A stretch of 64,000 nt of DNA from the NCBI GenBank assembly GCA_036004745.1, contig DASYRD010000129.1, positions 41,687 to 105,686 on the forward strand. Direction: 5' to 3'. Below are positions 40,448 to 49,069 of the stretch, one piece after another. This stretch comes from Gemmatimonadales bacterium (GTDB lineage: Bacteria; Gemmatimonadota; Gemmatimonadetes; Gemmatimonadales; GWC2-71-9). Position numbers and translations under genes: made by a program. The notes below the pieces were generated by a model, which had not been told where the DNA came from, did not search any database, and saw nothing but the letters and a program-made list of their open reading frames with translations. The number at the start of each line of letters is the position of its first letter. The first letter of the stretch is position 1.

Positions 40448-40520
40448 TTCCAGCTGTCCGCCCCCGCCCCCCGCTCCACGCAGGGCGTACGTGTCGACGA
40501 AGCAGACGCGGATCGAAGGA

Positions 40521-42776
40521 CTAACGGCGGCGCCCGAGCACCGCTTCGAGGCGCGCCGACAGGGCGCGCGCGCGGAACGGCTTGGTGAGGAAATCGTCGG
40601 CGCCGAGCTCGAACACGCGGACTTCGTTGTCCTCGTCGCCCTTCGCCGTGAGGACGATGACGGGAATCGAGGCGGTGGCGGGACGCGACCGCAAATGCGA
40701 CAAGACGCCGTACCCGTCGAGCCCGGGCAGATTCAGGTCGAGCACGATGATGTCGGGCCCGACGCGGTCTACCTGATCGAGCGCCTGCACGCCGTCGCGC
40801 GCCTCCGTGACGAGGTATCCATCCCGCTCGAGCAGATCCTTCATCACTTTGCGGAGGCTGTCCTCGTCGTCCACCAGCAGCACCTTGCAGGCCGGCTGCC
40901 CATGGGCGCCGGAGCTGCGGGCTTTCTTGTCCGCGACCTCCTCCAGCAAGTCGAAATGCGTCGAGACCGGCTCCGGCGGCACGGTGACGGTGCCCGGCGC
41001 CGGGGTGAGGCGCAACGCGTCGGCGGTGCTGGAGCGGCGTCCCCCGCCCGGCGCAGACGCAGCCGCGGGCGCGCCGGGGCCATCGTCCTCTACGGGCACA
41101 TCCACCACCCGCATCAGCTCGTCGATCGTCGACTCGCCGCGCGTCACGTGCGCGAGCCCCGAATCCCACAACCCCTTCATCCCCGCAATCCGCGCCGCCT
41201 CGGCGATACGGGACGCCGGCTCGCCCGCGGCAATGCGGCGCTCGACCTCGGGCGACACCGTCAGCACTTCGATGATGGAGAACCGGCCGCGGTATCCCGT
41301 CATCGCGCAGTCGGGGCATCCCGCCGCGCGATACATCGGCGTGCCCTTCGCGATCCATTTCCGGAGCTTCTCGGGGGGCGCCTCCATCCACACTTCTTTG
41401 CAGGTGGGACAGAGCTTCCGCATCAGCCGCTGGGCGATCACGCCGCGCAGGGCCGCCGCGATCTTGTACGCTTCGACGCCGATATCGACGAGTCGTGTGA
41501 CCGCGTTGGCGGCGTCGTTCGTATGCAGCGTCGAGAGTACGAGGTGGCCCGTGAGGGACGCCTGGACGGCGATCTGCGCCGTCTCCTTGTCGCGGATTTC
41601 GCCGACGAGGATGACGTTCGGGTCCTGACGCAGGATCGAGCGCAGCGCTGAGCCGAAGGTCAGTCCCGCTTTCTCCTGGACCTGCACCTGGACGATGCCC
41701 TGCATCCGATATTCCACCGGGTCTTCGACCGTCACGATGTTCACGCCTTCGGTCTGGATCTGGCGGATCATCGAGTAGAGCGTGGTCGTCTTGCCGGACC
41801 CCGTGGGGCCCGTCACGAGGATCACGCCTTCCTTGTTCTGCAGGAGCTGCGTGATCGCCTCGGTCTCGCCCGGGTTGAAGCCCAGCGACTCGAGCGACTT
41901 GACGGTGGCCCGGGAGTCGAGGATGCGGATGACGACCTTCTCGCCCTGCGCCGCGGGGAGCGTCGACACGCGGAGGTCGATCGGCTGGCCGTTCACCGCC
42001 ACGCGGGCGCGGCCGTCCTGTGGCCGCATCCGGTCGGCGATGTCGAGCGACGACATGATCTTGATGCGCGAGATGAGCGGCAACCCGGCATTGCGCGGGA
42101 TCTTCATGACCTGGCGCAACACACCGTCAATGCGGTAGCGGACCGCCACACCCCCTTCTTCGGGCTCGATGTGGATGTCGCTCGAGCGGGAAAGAATGCC
42201 CTCGGAGATGATCAGATCGACGAGCCGCACCACGGGGCGCTGGCTGGCTTCTTCCTCGGAGATGTTCAACTCTTCCGGAGGGGCATCTTTGAGCGTCGTC
42301 ATCACCTCGGCATCGCCCATGCCCTCGAGCAGCTTGTCGAGCGCCTTCTCGGGGCGGTACATCTCGTCCAGCTTCTCCGAGATCTTCGACGGCGCCAGCA
42401 GCAGCATCCGAATCTCCCGCGCCGTGGCGAAAGCCAACGCCTTCTCCGCGTCCAGATCGAACGGGTTCGCGGTGGCGAGCTCGAGGAACGAATCGGTCAG
42501 GCGGATCGGCAGGATACGATAGCGGCGCGCGAGCTGCTCGGGGACGCCTTCCTTCACGTTGGCGTCGATGTGGGCGACATCGGCGATCTTGAGACGGAAC
42601 CGCGTGGAGAGCTTCCCGAGGATCTGCTCGTCGGTCGCCACTTTCTGCGCGACGAGCATTTCCCACATCGTGCGGCCCGCCTCCGCCTTCGTCCGGAGGT
42701 CGGCCAGGAGCTCGGGCGTGACGAGGCCCTCCAAGGACTGGGCTAGCCACTCGTCTGGGAACGCGGTTACAGGCAT
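40521..42776 (-). CDS. GspE/PilB-family secretion ATPase (T2SSE_N domain, ATPase core, tetracysteine) fused to a C-terminal response-regulator receiver domain
   Basis: Walker A GPTGSGKTTT, Walker B ILVGEIRD, His box GHLVLSTLHTNDA, and the Cys motifs CPTC..CPDC. After an Ala/Pro-rich linker comes KVLLVDDEDSLRKVM..IIVLDLNLPGLDG..LTAKGDE..FLTKPF, a receiver domain. The start is taken at ATG 42776; the track uses TTG 42788. Confidence 0.88.
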   Translation of the reverse strand: MPVTAFPDEWLAQSLEGLVTPELLADLRTKAEAGRTMWEMLVAQKVATDEQILGKLSTRFRLKIADVAHIDANVKEGVPEQLARRYRILPIRLTDSFLELATANPFDLDAEKALAFATAREIRMLLLAPSKISEKLDEMYRPEKALDKLLEGMGDAEVMTTLKDAPPEELNISEEEASQRPVVRLVDLIISEGILSRSSDIHIEPEEGGVAVRYRIDGVLRQVMKIPRNAGLPLISRIKIMSSLDIADRMRPQDGRARVAVNGQPIDLRVSTLPAAQGEKVVIRILDSRATVKSLESLGFNPGETEAITQLLQNKEGVILVTGPTGSGKTTTLYSMIRQIQTEGVNIVTVEDPVEYRMQGIVQVQVQEKAGLTFGSALRSILRQDPNVILVGEIRDKETAQIAVQASLTGHLVLSTLHTNDAANAVTRLVDIGVEAYKIAAALRGVIAQRLMRKLCPTCKEVWMEAPPEKLRKWIAKGTPMYRAAGCPDCAMTGYRGRFSIIEVLTVSPEVERRIAAGEPASRIAEAARIAGMKGLWDSGLAHVTRGESTIDELMRVVDVPVEDDGPGAPAAASAPGGGRRSSTADALRLTPAPGTVTVPPEPVSTHFDLLEEVADKKARSSGAHGQPACKVLLVDDEDSLRKVMKDLLERDGYLVTEARDGVQALDQVDRVGPDIIVLDLNLPGLDGYGVLSHLRSRPATASIPVIVLTAKGDEDNEVRVFELGADDFLTKPFRARALSARLEAVLGRRR

Positions 42777-42814
42777 GTGGTTGGTCAAACCTAACGTCCG
42801 AGTCCAGTATACGC

Positions 42815-42847
42815 CCAGACGTCTAGGCGCCTAGGCGCCTAGTTTTT
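42815..42847. repeat. Perfect 20-nt palindrome CTAGGCGC-CTAG-GCGCCTAG flanked by CAGACGTC and T5
   Basis: The palindrome occupies 42823-42842 and is followed by TTTTT, which abuts the stop of the Omp85-like gene. It shares the AGGCGCCTAG core with the 27876-27950 element. Confidence 0.8.
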
Positions 42848-44898
42848 CACAGGATGTCCCAAAAATCGCGCGTGACGTCGAATGCGAGACGCGCGCGGTG
42901 GCTCTGCACTCCGTAACCCGCGTCGAGCCGGAACACGCCGAGCCATTCGAGCCCCAGGCCGAGCGTCACCCGCGGCCCGCTCCCCGGTGTCGCTTGCCAC
43001 GGCGTCCCGGCGATGGGCTGATCGATCCAACCCGCCGCGGCGTACGGCGCGAGCGTGATCGTCCCCGGCGTGCGCGCGTAGGGCCCGGCGGCCATGCGCA
43101 CGAATGGCACCGGGGCGCGCCATTCGAGGTGGACCAGCGCCGCGCGGCGTCCACCCCACTCGCGAAAGTCGTCGCCCAGCAGCGTGCCGCGCCCGCCCAA
43201 CACGAACGCGCGGTGCGGCGGGAGGTTGTGGTCCGCAGCACCGCCCTGCAGCCGCACCAGCACGCGACTGCCGCCGGCGGGCACGAGCACGTGCCCAGAC
43301 GCCGCGACGCGGACGTACTGCGACCCGCCGTCGCGGCGGCCCGTTTCGACGGAGACTTCCGCCGCGAGATCGCGGCGCACCGCAAACCCCTCGCTGCGAC
43401 GCCGCAACGTGATCGATGCGATCGAGAAGTCGCCGTCCTGCACCGCGGGATTGGGACGGAAGGTGCCGGTCGCGGGGACCGCGCGGACGGGCAGCGAGGC
43501 GACGCGCTCCCGCGTGCCCGTGGCGCGCCACTCGCCGCGCGGGCCGAGGCCGCCGTGCAGCGTTGCACGCACTCCAGTCGCGAGATAGTAGTCGCCGTAG
43601 TCGTCCGCGAATTCCTGCGACGCGATGGAGTTCAACAGCGGCGCGATGACGGGCACGTCGGCGATGTCGCGCACCTGGCGGTAGCCGGCCAGCTCCATCG
43701 CCGTTCCTCCACCCACGGCGAGGGCGAGACCGCCGGTGACGCGCTGGTCGGCAAATCCATACGCGGCGTGCAGCCGCGCCTCGAGTTGATCGCCGGGGAC
43801 GCGCCACACGACACCGGCGCCGGCCGCCAGGCCCTGCACGCGATTTGCCCGCAGCACGTCGCTGAAGCCCCGCACGCCGAGGCGCTGGGCGCGCAGCCCC
43901 GAGAGGGCGCGCCGGCCGGCGATGCGCGAGACTTCAGACCGCACGGCCTCGAGATCTCCCTGGCGCACCGGCTCGGCGATGTCTTGAATCGCCGCGGCGA
44001 GCGGCCCGGTCCAGGGGAAGGAGTCGCGCTGCGGCTTCGGCACTGCCACGATCTCCTCGCCGGCGAACCAGCTGTCGACGAGCCCATTGTTGAACACGTA
44101 GCTGTCGATCTCCCAGCGCCCGCGGATGATCCCGCGCGCCGGGATATCGAGCCACGTGGCGCGGCGCCGGATCTCGACCTCCTGGCGGTAGGGCAACCAG
44201 AACCGGCCCTCCCATAGCGCGTTGTCGAGCACGATGCTCACGTCCTCGATCTGGGGATCGAGGTAGGCGTGGGGTGTAAAGTTGAAGGCGAGGCGCACGA
44301 GATCGGCGGTCTCGGCATCGACGAACAGCGTGCCGACGAGGCGCGGCTGGCTGAAGTCCTTTGGGCGGACGCGCAGCGCCACGACGCGCACCGAGCGCTG
44401 CGGCAACACCAGCGTCACCGTGTCGCCCAGCGCGAAGTCGTACAGGTCGGTGCCGCCGGGCGCGAGGGGGTGCGGCACGTCCCGCACCTCGTCGCCCTCG
44501 CCCAACCGGACCGCGCGCCCGAAATTGTTCTGGACGATGCCGAGGTGGTCGCGGTGATAGTTGATATCGGTGGGCAGCTCGGCGCGGTCGCGCCAGCCGA
44601 CGATGCGCTGCTTGCTGAGCTGCGGCGCCTTCCAGTACACTTCCAGCTCGAGCTGGTCGGCCTTCACCAGGCGGGGCGGCTCGGTGAGCCCTTCCCCGAA
44701 CTGCCCGAGGAAGAAGAGAAACCCGTGAGCCAGGGCCTTGTAGTCGCGCAGCGCCGTGTCGCTCGCCGTGCGGTCCCGCCGCTCGATGGCCTGGCGCGCC
44801 AGCGCCAGGGCGGCGTTGCTATTCCACTCCTGGGCGCCCAGCGAGAGCGGGGCGGCCAGCGTGGTGAGCGCGAGAGCGACAAGGGTCACCGTACGCAT
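42847..44898 (-). CDS. Outer-membrane protein with an Omp85/surface-antigen-like C-terminal barrel and an uncharacterised N-terminal half
   Basis: The start at ATG 44898 gives the signal peptide MRTVTLVALALTTLAAPLSLGAQE. The C-terminal region ..AFVLGGRGTLLGDDF..LHLEWRAP..APYAAAGW..VTLGLGLEW..FRLDAGYG resembles a bacterial surface-antigen barrel. The 92 upstream codons of the track ORF are Arg-rich and overlap trpE. Confidence 0.7.
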   Translation of the reverse strand: MRTVTLVALALTTLAAPLSLGAQEWNSNAALALARQAIERRDRTASDTALRDYKALAHGFLFFLGQFGEGLTEPPRLVKADQLELEVYWKAPQLSKQRIVGWRDRAELPTDINYHRDHLGIVQNNFGRAVRLGEGDEVRDVPHPLAPGGTDLYDFALGDTVTLVLPQRSVRVVALRVRPKDFSQPRLVGTLFVDAETADLVRLAFNFTPHAYLDPQIEDVSIVLDNALWEGRFWLPYRQEVEIRRRATWLDIPARGIIRGRWEIDSYVFNNGLVDSWFAGEEIVAVPKPQRDSFPWTGPLAAAIQDIAEPVRQGDLEAVRSEVSRIAGRRALSGLRAQRLGVRGFSDVLRANRVQGLAAGAGVVWRVPGDQLEARLHAAYGFADQRVTGGLALAVGGGTAMELAGYRQVRDIADVPVIAPLLNSIASQEFADDYGDYYLATGVRATLHGGLGPRGEWRATGTRERVASLPVRAVPATGTFRPNPAVQDGDFSIASITLRRRSEGFAVRRDLAAEVSVETGRRDGGSQYVRVAASGHVLVPAGGSRVLVRLQGGAADHNLPPHRAFVLGGRGTLLGDDFREWGGRRAALVHLEWRAPVPFVRMAAGPYARTPGTITLAPYAAAGWIDQPIAGTPWQATPGSGPRVTLGLGLEWLGVFRLDAGYGVQSHRARLAFDVTRDFWDIL

Positions 44899-44912
44899 CG
44901 ACCCGAAATCTA

Positions 44913-46424
44913 ATGGGCGTCCCCCCCCCCTCCTCCGACCGACGGACCGAGTTCCTCTCCCGTGCCGAGCGGGGCGGCATGGTGCCCGTGGTGCGCGAGG
45001 TGGTGCTCGACGCCGACACCCCCGTGGCGGCGTTCGCGAAGATCGCGCGCCCGCCCTTTGCGTTCCTGCTTGAATCGCTGGTCGGTGGCGAACGGTGGGC
45101 ACGTTACACGTTCCTGGGCACCGAGCCGCGCGAGGTGTGGCGCTATCGCGGCACGCAGGTCGAGCGCTGGACACCGGAGACCGGATGGGCCGGCGCCGGC
45201 GAGTCGACTGACCCCGTGGGACACCTCGCCACGCGCCTGCGCGCGTTGCCGACGATACAGATCCCGGGACTCCCGCGGTTCACGGGCGGGGCCGTGGGCT
45301 ATTGGGGCTACGATCTGGTCCGCTCGATCGAGCGCCTCCCCTCGCCGCCCCCCGATACGCTCGGCGTGCCCGACGCGGTGCTGATGATCGCCGACTCGCT
45401 CGTCATTCTCGACAACCTGTTCGGCCGCGCGATCGTGATCGCCAACGTCGAGGTGCCGGCGAACACGACAGCCGCGCTGCGTGTGCGCCTCTACGACGCG
45501 GCCGAGGAGCGCCTCGACACGCTCGTCGAGCGGCTCGCGGCGACGCACACGCTCGCGCCCCTGAGCCTCGACGGCGGCGCGGCACCGCTGCGCACGGAGT
45601 CTCGTTACCCGCGCGCGGACTTCGAGCGAGACGTGAGGCGGATCGGTAAGTACATCGCCGCCGGCGACACGTTTCAGACGGTGCTGTCGCGCAGACAGGA
45701 AGTGCCCGGTGCCGTCGATCCGCTGCGTCTGTACCGCTACCTGCGCGCCCTGAATCCGGCTCCCTACCTCTTCTATCTGGCGCTCGACGACGTGACGGTG
45801 GTTGGCAGCTCGCCCGAGGTGCTGGTGCGTGTCGAGGGAGACGAGGTGACGGTCCGCCCCATCGCGGGCACGCGCCCACGCGGCGCGACGCCCGAGGAGG
45901 ACGAGGCGCTCGCGGCCGCGCTGCGGGCCGACACCAAGGAGCTGGCTGAGCATCGCATGCTCGTCGACTTGGGACGCAACGACGTCGGCCGGATCGCGCA
46001 GTACGGAACGGTGCGCGTGACCGACGAGCTCACGATCGAGCGGTATTCGCACGTGCAGCATCTGGTCAGCGAGGTGCGCGGGCGACTGCGCCCCGGGTAC
46101 GACGCGCTCGACGTGTTCCGCGCCTGTTTCCCGGCGGGCACGGTGACCGGCGCGCCCAAGGTCCGCGCGATGGAGATCATCGACGAGCTCGAGCCGGAAC
46201 GGCGCGGGCCCTACGCGGGGGCCGTGGGCTACGTGGGCTGGGGCGCTACGAGTCTCGACACGGCGATCACGATCCGCACGGCGCTGGTCCTGAAGGATCG
46301 CGTCGTGGTACAGGCGGGTGCGGGAATCGTGGCCGACTCCGATCCACGGCGGGAGTTCGAGGAGTCGGAAGCGAAGGCGCAGGCGGTCTTGAAGGCGCTC
46401 GCTCTCGCCAAGGCGGGTGATTGA
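44913..46424 (+). CDS. trpE: Anthranilate synthase component I
   Basis: ..EFLSRAERGGMVPVVREVVLDADTPVAAF..GTRPRG..LVDLGRNDVGR..HVQHLVSEV..FPAGTVTGAPKVRAMEIIDELE..RGPYAGAVGY. Alternative start at ATG 44979. Confidence 0.9.
   Translation: MGVPPPSSDRRTEFLSRAERGGMVPVVREVVLDADTPVAAFAKIARPPFAFLLESLVGGERWARYTFLGTEPREVWRYRGTQVERWTPETGWAGAGESTDPVGHLATRLRALPTIQIPGLPRFTGGAVGYWGYDLVRSIERLPSPPPDTLGVPDAVLMIADSLVILDNLFGRAIVIANVEVPANTTAALRVRLYDAAEERLDTLVERLAATHTLAPLSLDGGAAPLRTESRYPRADFERDVRRIGKYIAAGDTFQTVLSRRQEVPGAVDPLRLYRYLRALNPAPYLFYLALDDVTVVGSSPEVLVRVEGDEVTVRPIAGTRPRGATPEEDEALAAALRADTKELAEHRMLVDLGRNDVGRIAQYGTVRVTDELTIERYSHVQHLVSEVRGRLRPGYDALDVFRACFPAGTVTGAPKVRAMEIIDELEPERRGPYAGAVGYVGWGATSLDTAITIRTALVLKDRVVVQAGAGIVADSDPRREFEESEAKAQAVLKALALAKAGD
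44921..44930. repeat. C10 homopolymer tract
   Basis: The sequence reads atgggcgtCCCCCCCCCCtcc. It lies 23 nt from the OMP start codon (44898) and within codons 3-6 of the longest trpE ORF. Confidence 0.9.
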
Positions 46425-46440
46425 AGTATATTCTGCGCCG

Positions 46441-48060
46441 ATGTTTAAGCTGATCAGTACCGCCGGCGATCAGTCGATCGACCTCCAGCTCGGGCGCACT
46501 GTGGTTGTCGGGCGCGCGGTCACGAGCGACATCCCCATCTACGATCCCACGATTTCCCGGCGCCATGCCGAGGTCTCCCTCGGCGAGAATGGCGTCCTGG
46601 TGAAGGACCTCGGCTCGTCGAACGGCACGTTCTTGAACGGCGCCAAGATCGCCGAGGCCGAAGCGGGCCCCAACGACGTCGTCACGTTCGGGAAAGTCGC
46701 CTTCCGCGTGAAGGAAGTGACGGCCCCCGCCCCGCGGCCCCAGGTCGTCCCCACCCCGGCGGACTTCACGAACCCCAGGGCGCCGGTCCCCGGCGGCACC
46801 ATTGTCCGCCAGCTGCCCGTGAGCGGGGGCGTTCCGGCGATCGTCATCGATCAGCCGCAGGCCGGCGGCGCCTCGCACCTCAAGGTCAAGGCGCAGACCC
46901 AGGAGGAGCGGCGCGAGAAGAAGCTGTCGCTGCTGCTCGAGGTCTCGAAGGAGCTGTCGAAGCAGCAGGAGCTCGATCGGCTGCTCGACAAGGTGGTCGA
47001 CTTCACGTTCCAGATCATGAACGTCGACCGGGTGTCGATCCTGCTGCTCGACGGGAAGTCGAACGAGCTGGTGCCGCGCATCTCGAAGAGCCGTTCGGGC
47101 GACGCGAGCGCCGCGAAGCACGTCCCGCAGTCGATCGCCCGCAAGGCCGTGGAGGAGCGTGTCGCGATCCTCTCCGACAACGCCGCCGCGGACGAGCGCT
47201 TCAAAGGGAAATCGATCCTCATCCAGAGCGTGCGCAGCGCGATGTGCACGCCGCTGATGGGGTCGGACCAGAAGGTCCTCGGCATCCTCTACGTCGACAA
47301 CCTCACGGCCACGCACTCGTTCGCCGACGAAGACCTCGAGTTCCTGATCGCCTTCGGTGGGTTGACGGCCGTCGCCATCGAGAACTCGCAGCTCTCCGAG
47401 CGCATCCGCCGTGAGGCGCTCGTGCTGTCGAACTTCCAGCGCTACTTCGCGCCGAACCTGGCGTCGCAGATCGCGCAGCAGGAAGGCGCCGTCCAGCTCG
47501 GCGGCACGAAACGGCCCGTCGTCATTTTCTTCTCGGACATCCGCGGCTTCACGCCGATGTCGGAGGACATGAGCCCCGACGACATCGCGACGCTCCTCAC
47601 TGAGTACTTCACGGAGATGGTCGAGATCGTGTTCGAGCACTCGGGCACGCTCGACAAATTCATGGGCGATGCGATCATGGCGCTGTGGGGCGCGCCGATC
47701 GCTCACGCCGACGACGCGGACCGCGCGATGCAATGCGCGCTCGACCAGCTCGCCATCCTCGAGAAGATGAACGCGAAGTGGAAGGAACAGGGCCGCCCGC
47801 CCGTCGCGATCGGCATCGGCATCAATTTCGGTGAGGTGTTCGCGGGGAACATCGGGTCCGACCGGCGGCTCGAGTACACGGTGATCGGCGACGCGGTGAA
47901 CACGGCGAGCCGGCTCTGCTCGTCGGCGGGACCGAACGAGATCCTGATCTCAGAGCCGTTCTACAAAGAGTTGAAGAAGCCCCCCAAGGTCGAGGCGCTC
48001 GAGCCGATTCAGGTCAAAGGGCGGGCGAAGAAGGTCCCGGTCTATCGCGTGAAGCGGTAG
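46441..48060 (+). CDS. FHA-GAF-class III nucleotidyl cyclase (adenylate/guanylate cyclase) multidomain protein
   Basis: FHA domain GRTVVVGRA..ISRRHAEV..VKDLGSSNGTFLNG. GAF region LLDKVVDFTFQIMNVDRVSILLLD. Cyclase core VVIFFSDIRGFTPMSE..LDKFMGDAIMALWGAP..GEVFAGNIG..EYTVIGDAVNTASRL. Confidence 0.88.
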   Translation: MFKLISTAGDQSIDLQLGRTVVVGRAVTSDIPIYDPTISRRHAEVSLGENGVLVKDLGSSNGTFLNGAKIAEAEAGPNDVVTFGKVAFRVKEVTAPAPRPQVVPTPADFTNPRAPVPGGTIVRQLPVSGGVPAIVIDQPQAGGASHLKVKAQTQEERREKKLSLLLEVSKELSKQQELDRLLDKVVDFTFQIMNVDRVSILLLDGKSNELVPRISKSRSGDASAAKHVPQSIARKAVEERVAILSDNAAADERFKGKSILIQSVRSAMCTPLMGSDQKVLGILYVDNLTATHSFADEDLEFLIAFGGLTAVAIENSQLSERIRREALVLSNFQRYFAPNLASQIAQQEGAVQLGGTKRPVVIFFSDIRGFTPMSEDMSPDDIATLLTEYFTEMVEIVFEHSGTLDKFMGDAIMALWGAPIAHADDADRAMQCALDQLAILEKMNAKWKEQGRPPVAIGIGINFGEVFAGNIGSDRRLEYTVIGDAVNTASRLCSSAGPNEILISEPFYKELKKPPKVEALEPIQVKGRAKKVPVYRVKR

Positions 48061-48619
48061 GGCCGGCCGAACCGCGCCAGGAGATCGAGCGCGAGCCGCA
48101 ACGGCAGTCCCATCACTCCGAAAAAGTCTCCCTCCACGCGGTCGATCAGCGGCGCGCCCAGTCCCTGGATCGCGTACGCGCCGGCCTTGTCCATCGGCTC
48201 CCCCGTCGCGACGTAGGCCTCGAGCGTGGCGCGGTCGGCGGGACGGAACGTCACGCGCGAGACGTCGAGCGCCTGGGCGACGTCCTTGTCACGCGCCACC
48301 GCGACGGCCGTCATCACTTCGTGCGTGCGCCCCTGTAATCGCGTGAGCATCTCGACGGCGTTGGCAGGCGAGGTCGGCTTCTCGAAGATCACGCCATCGA
48401 GCACGACCGTCGTATCGGCCGCGAGAATGACGTCCCCGGGCGCGCTGCGCGGCACCACCGCCTCGGCCTTCGCCCGCGAGAGCCGTGTGACGTAATGCCC
48501 CGGCTCCTCCCCGGGCTGCACGTGCTCGTCGACGTCGGGGGGGATCACCCGGAAGGGGATGTGGAGCATCTCGAGGAGCTGTTTGCGGCGGGGAGAGCCG
48601 GACGCGAGGACGATGGGGT

Positions 48620-48623
<4 letters not shown>
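48042..48623 (-). CDS. maf: Maf-like nucleoside triphosphate pyrophosphatase
   Basis: VLASGSPRRKQLLEML..ADTTVVLDG.I.EKP..KAGAYAIQG. GTGA overlap with dtd. Confidence 0.9.

Positions 48624-49065
<442 letters not shown>

Positions 49066-49069
<4 letters not shown>

Noticed and set aside
40294-41651. Long ORFs 40294..41391 (-) and 40383..41651 (+) inside the pilB-REC gene
   Set aside because: These are off-frame or antisense to a gene with complete GspE and receiver motifs, and their composition is Arg-rich.
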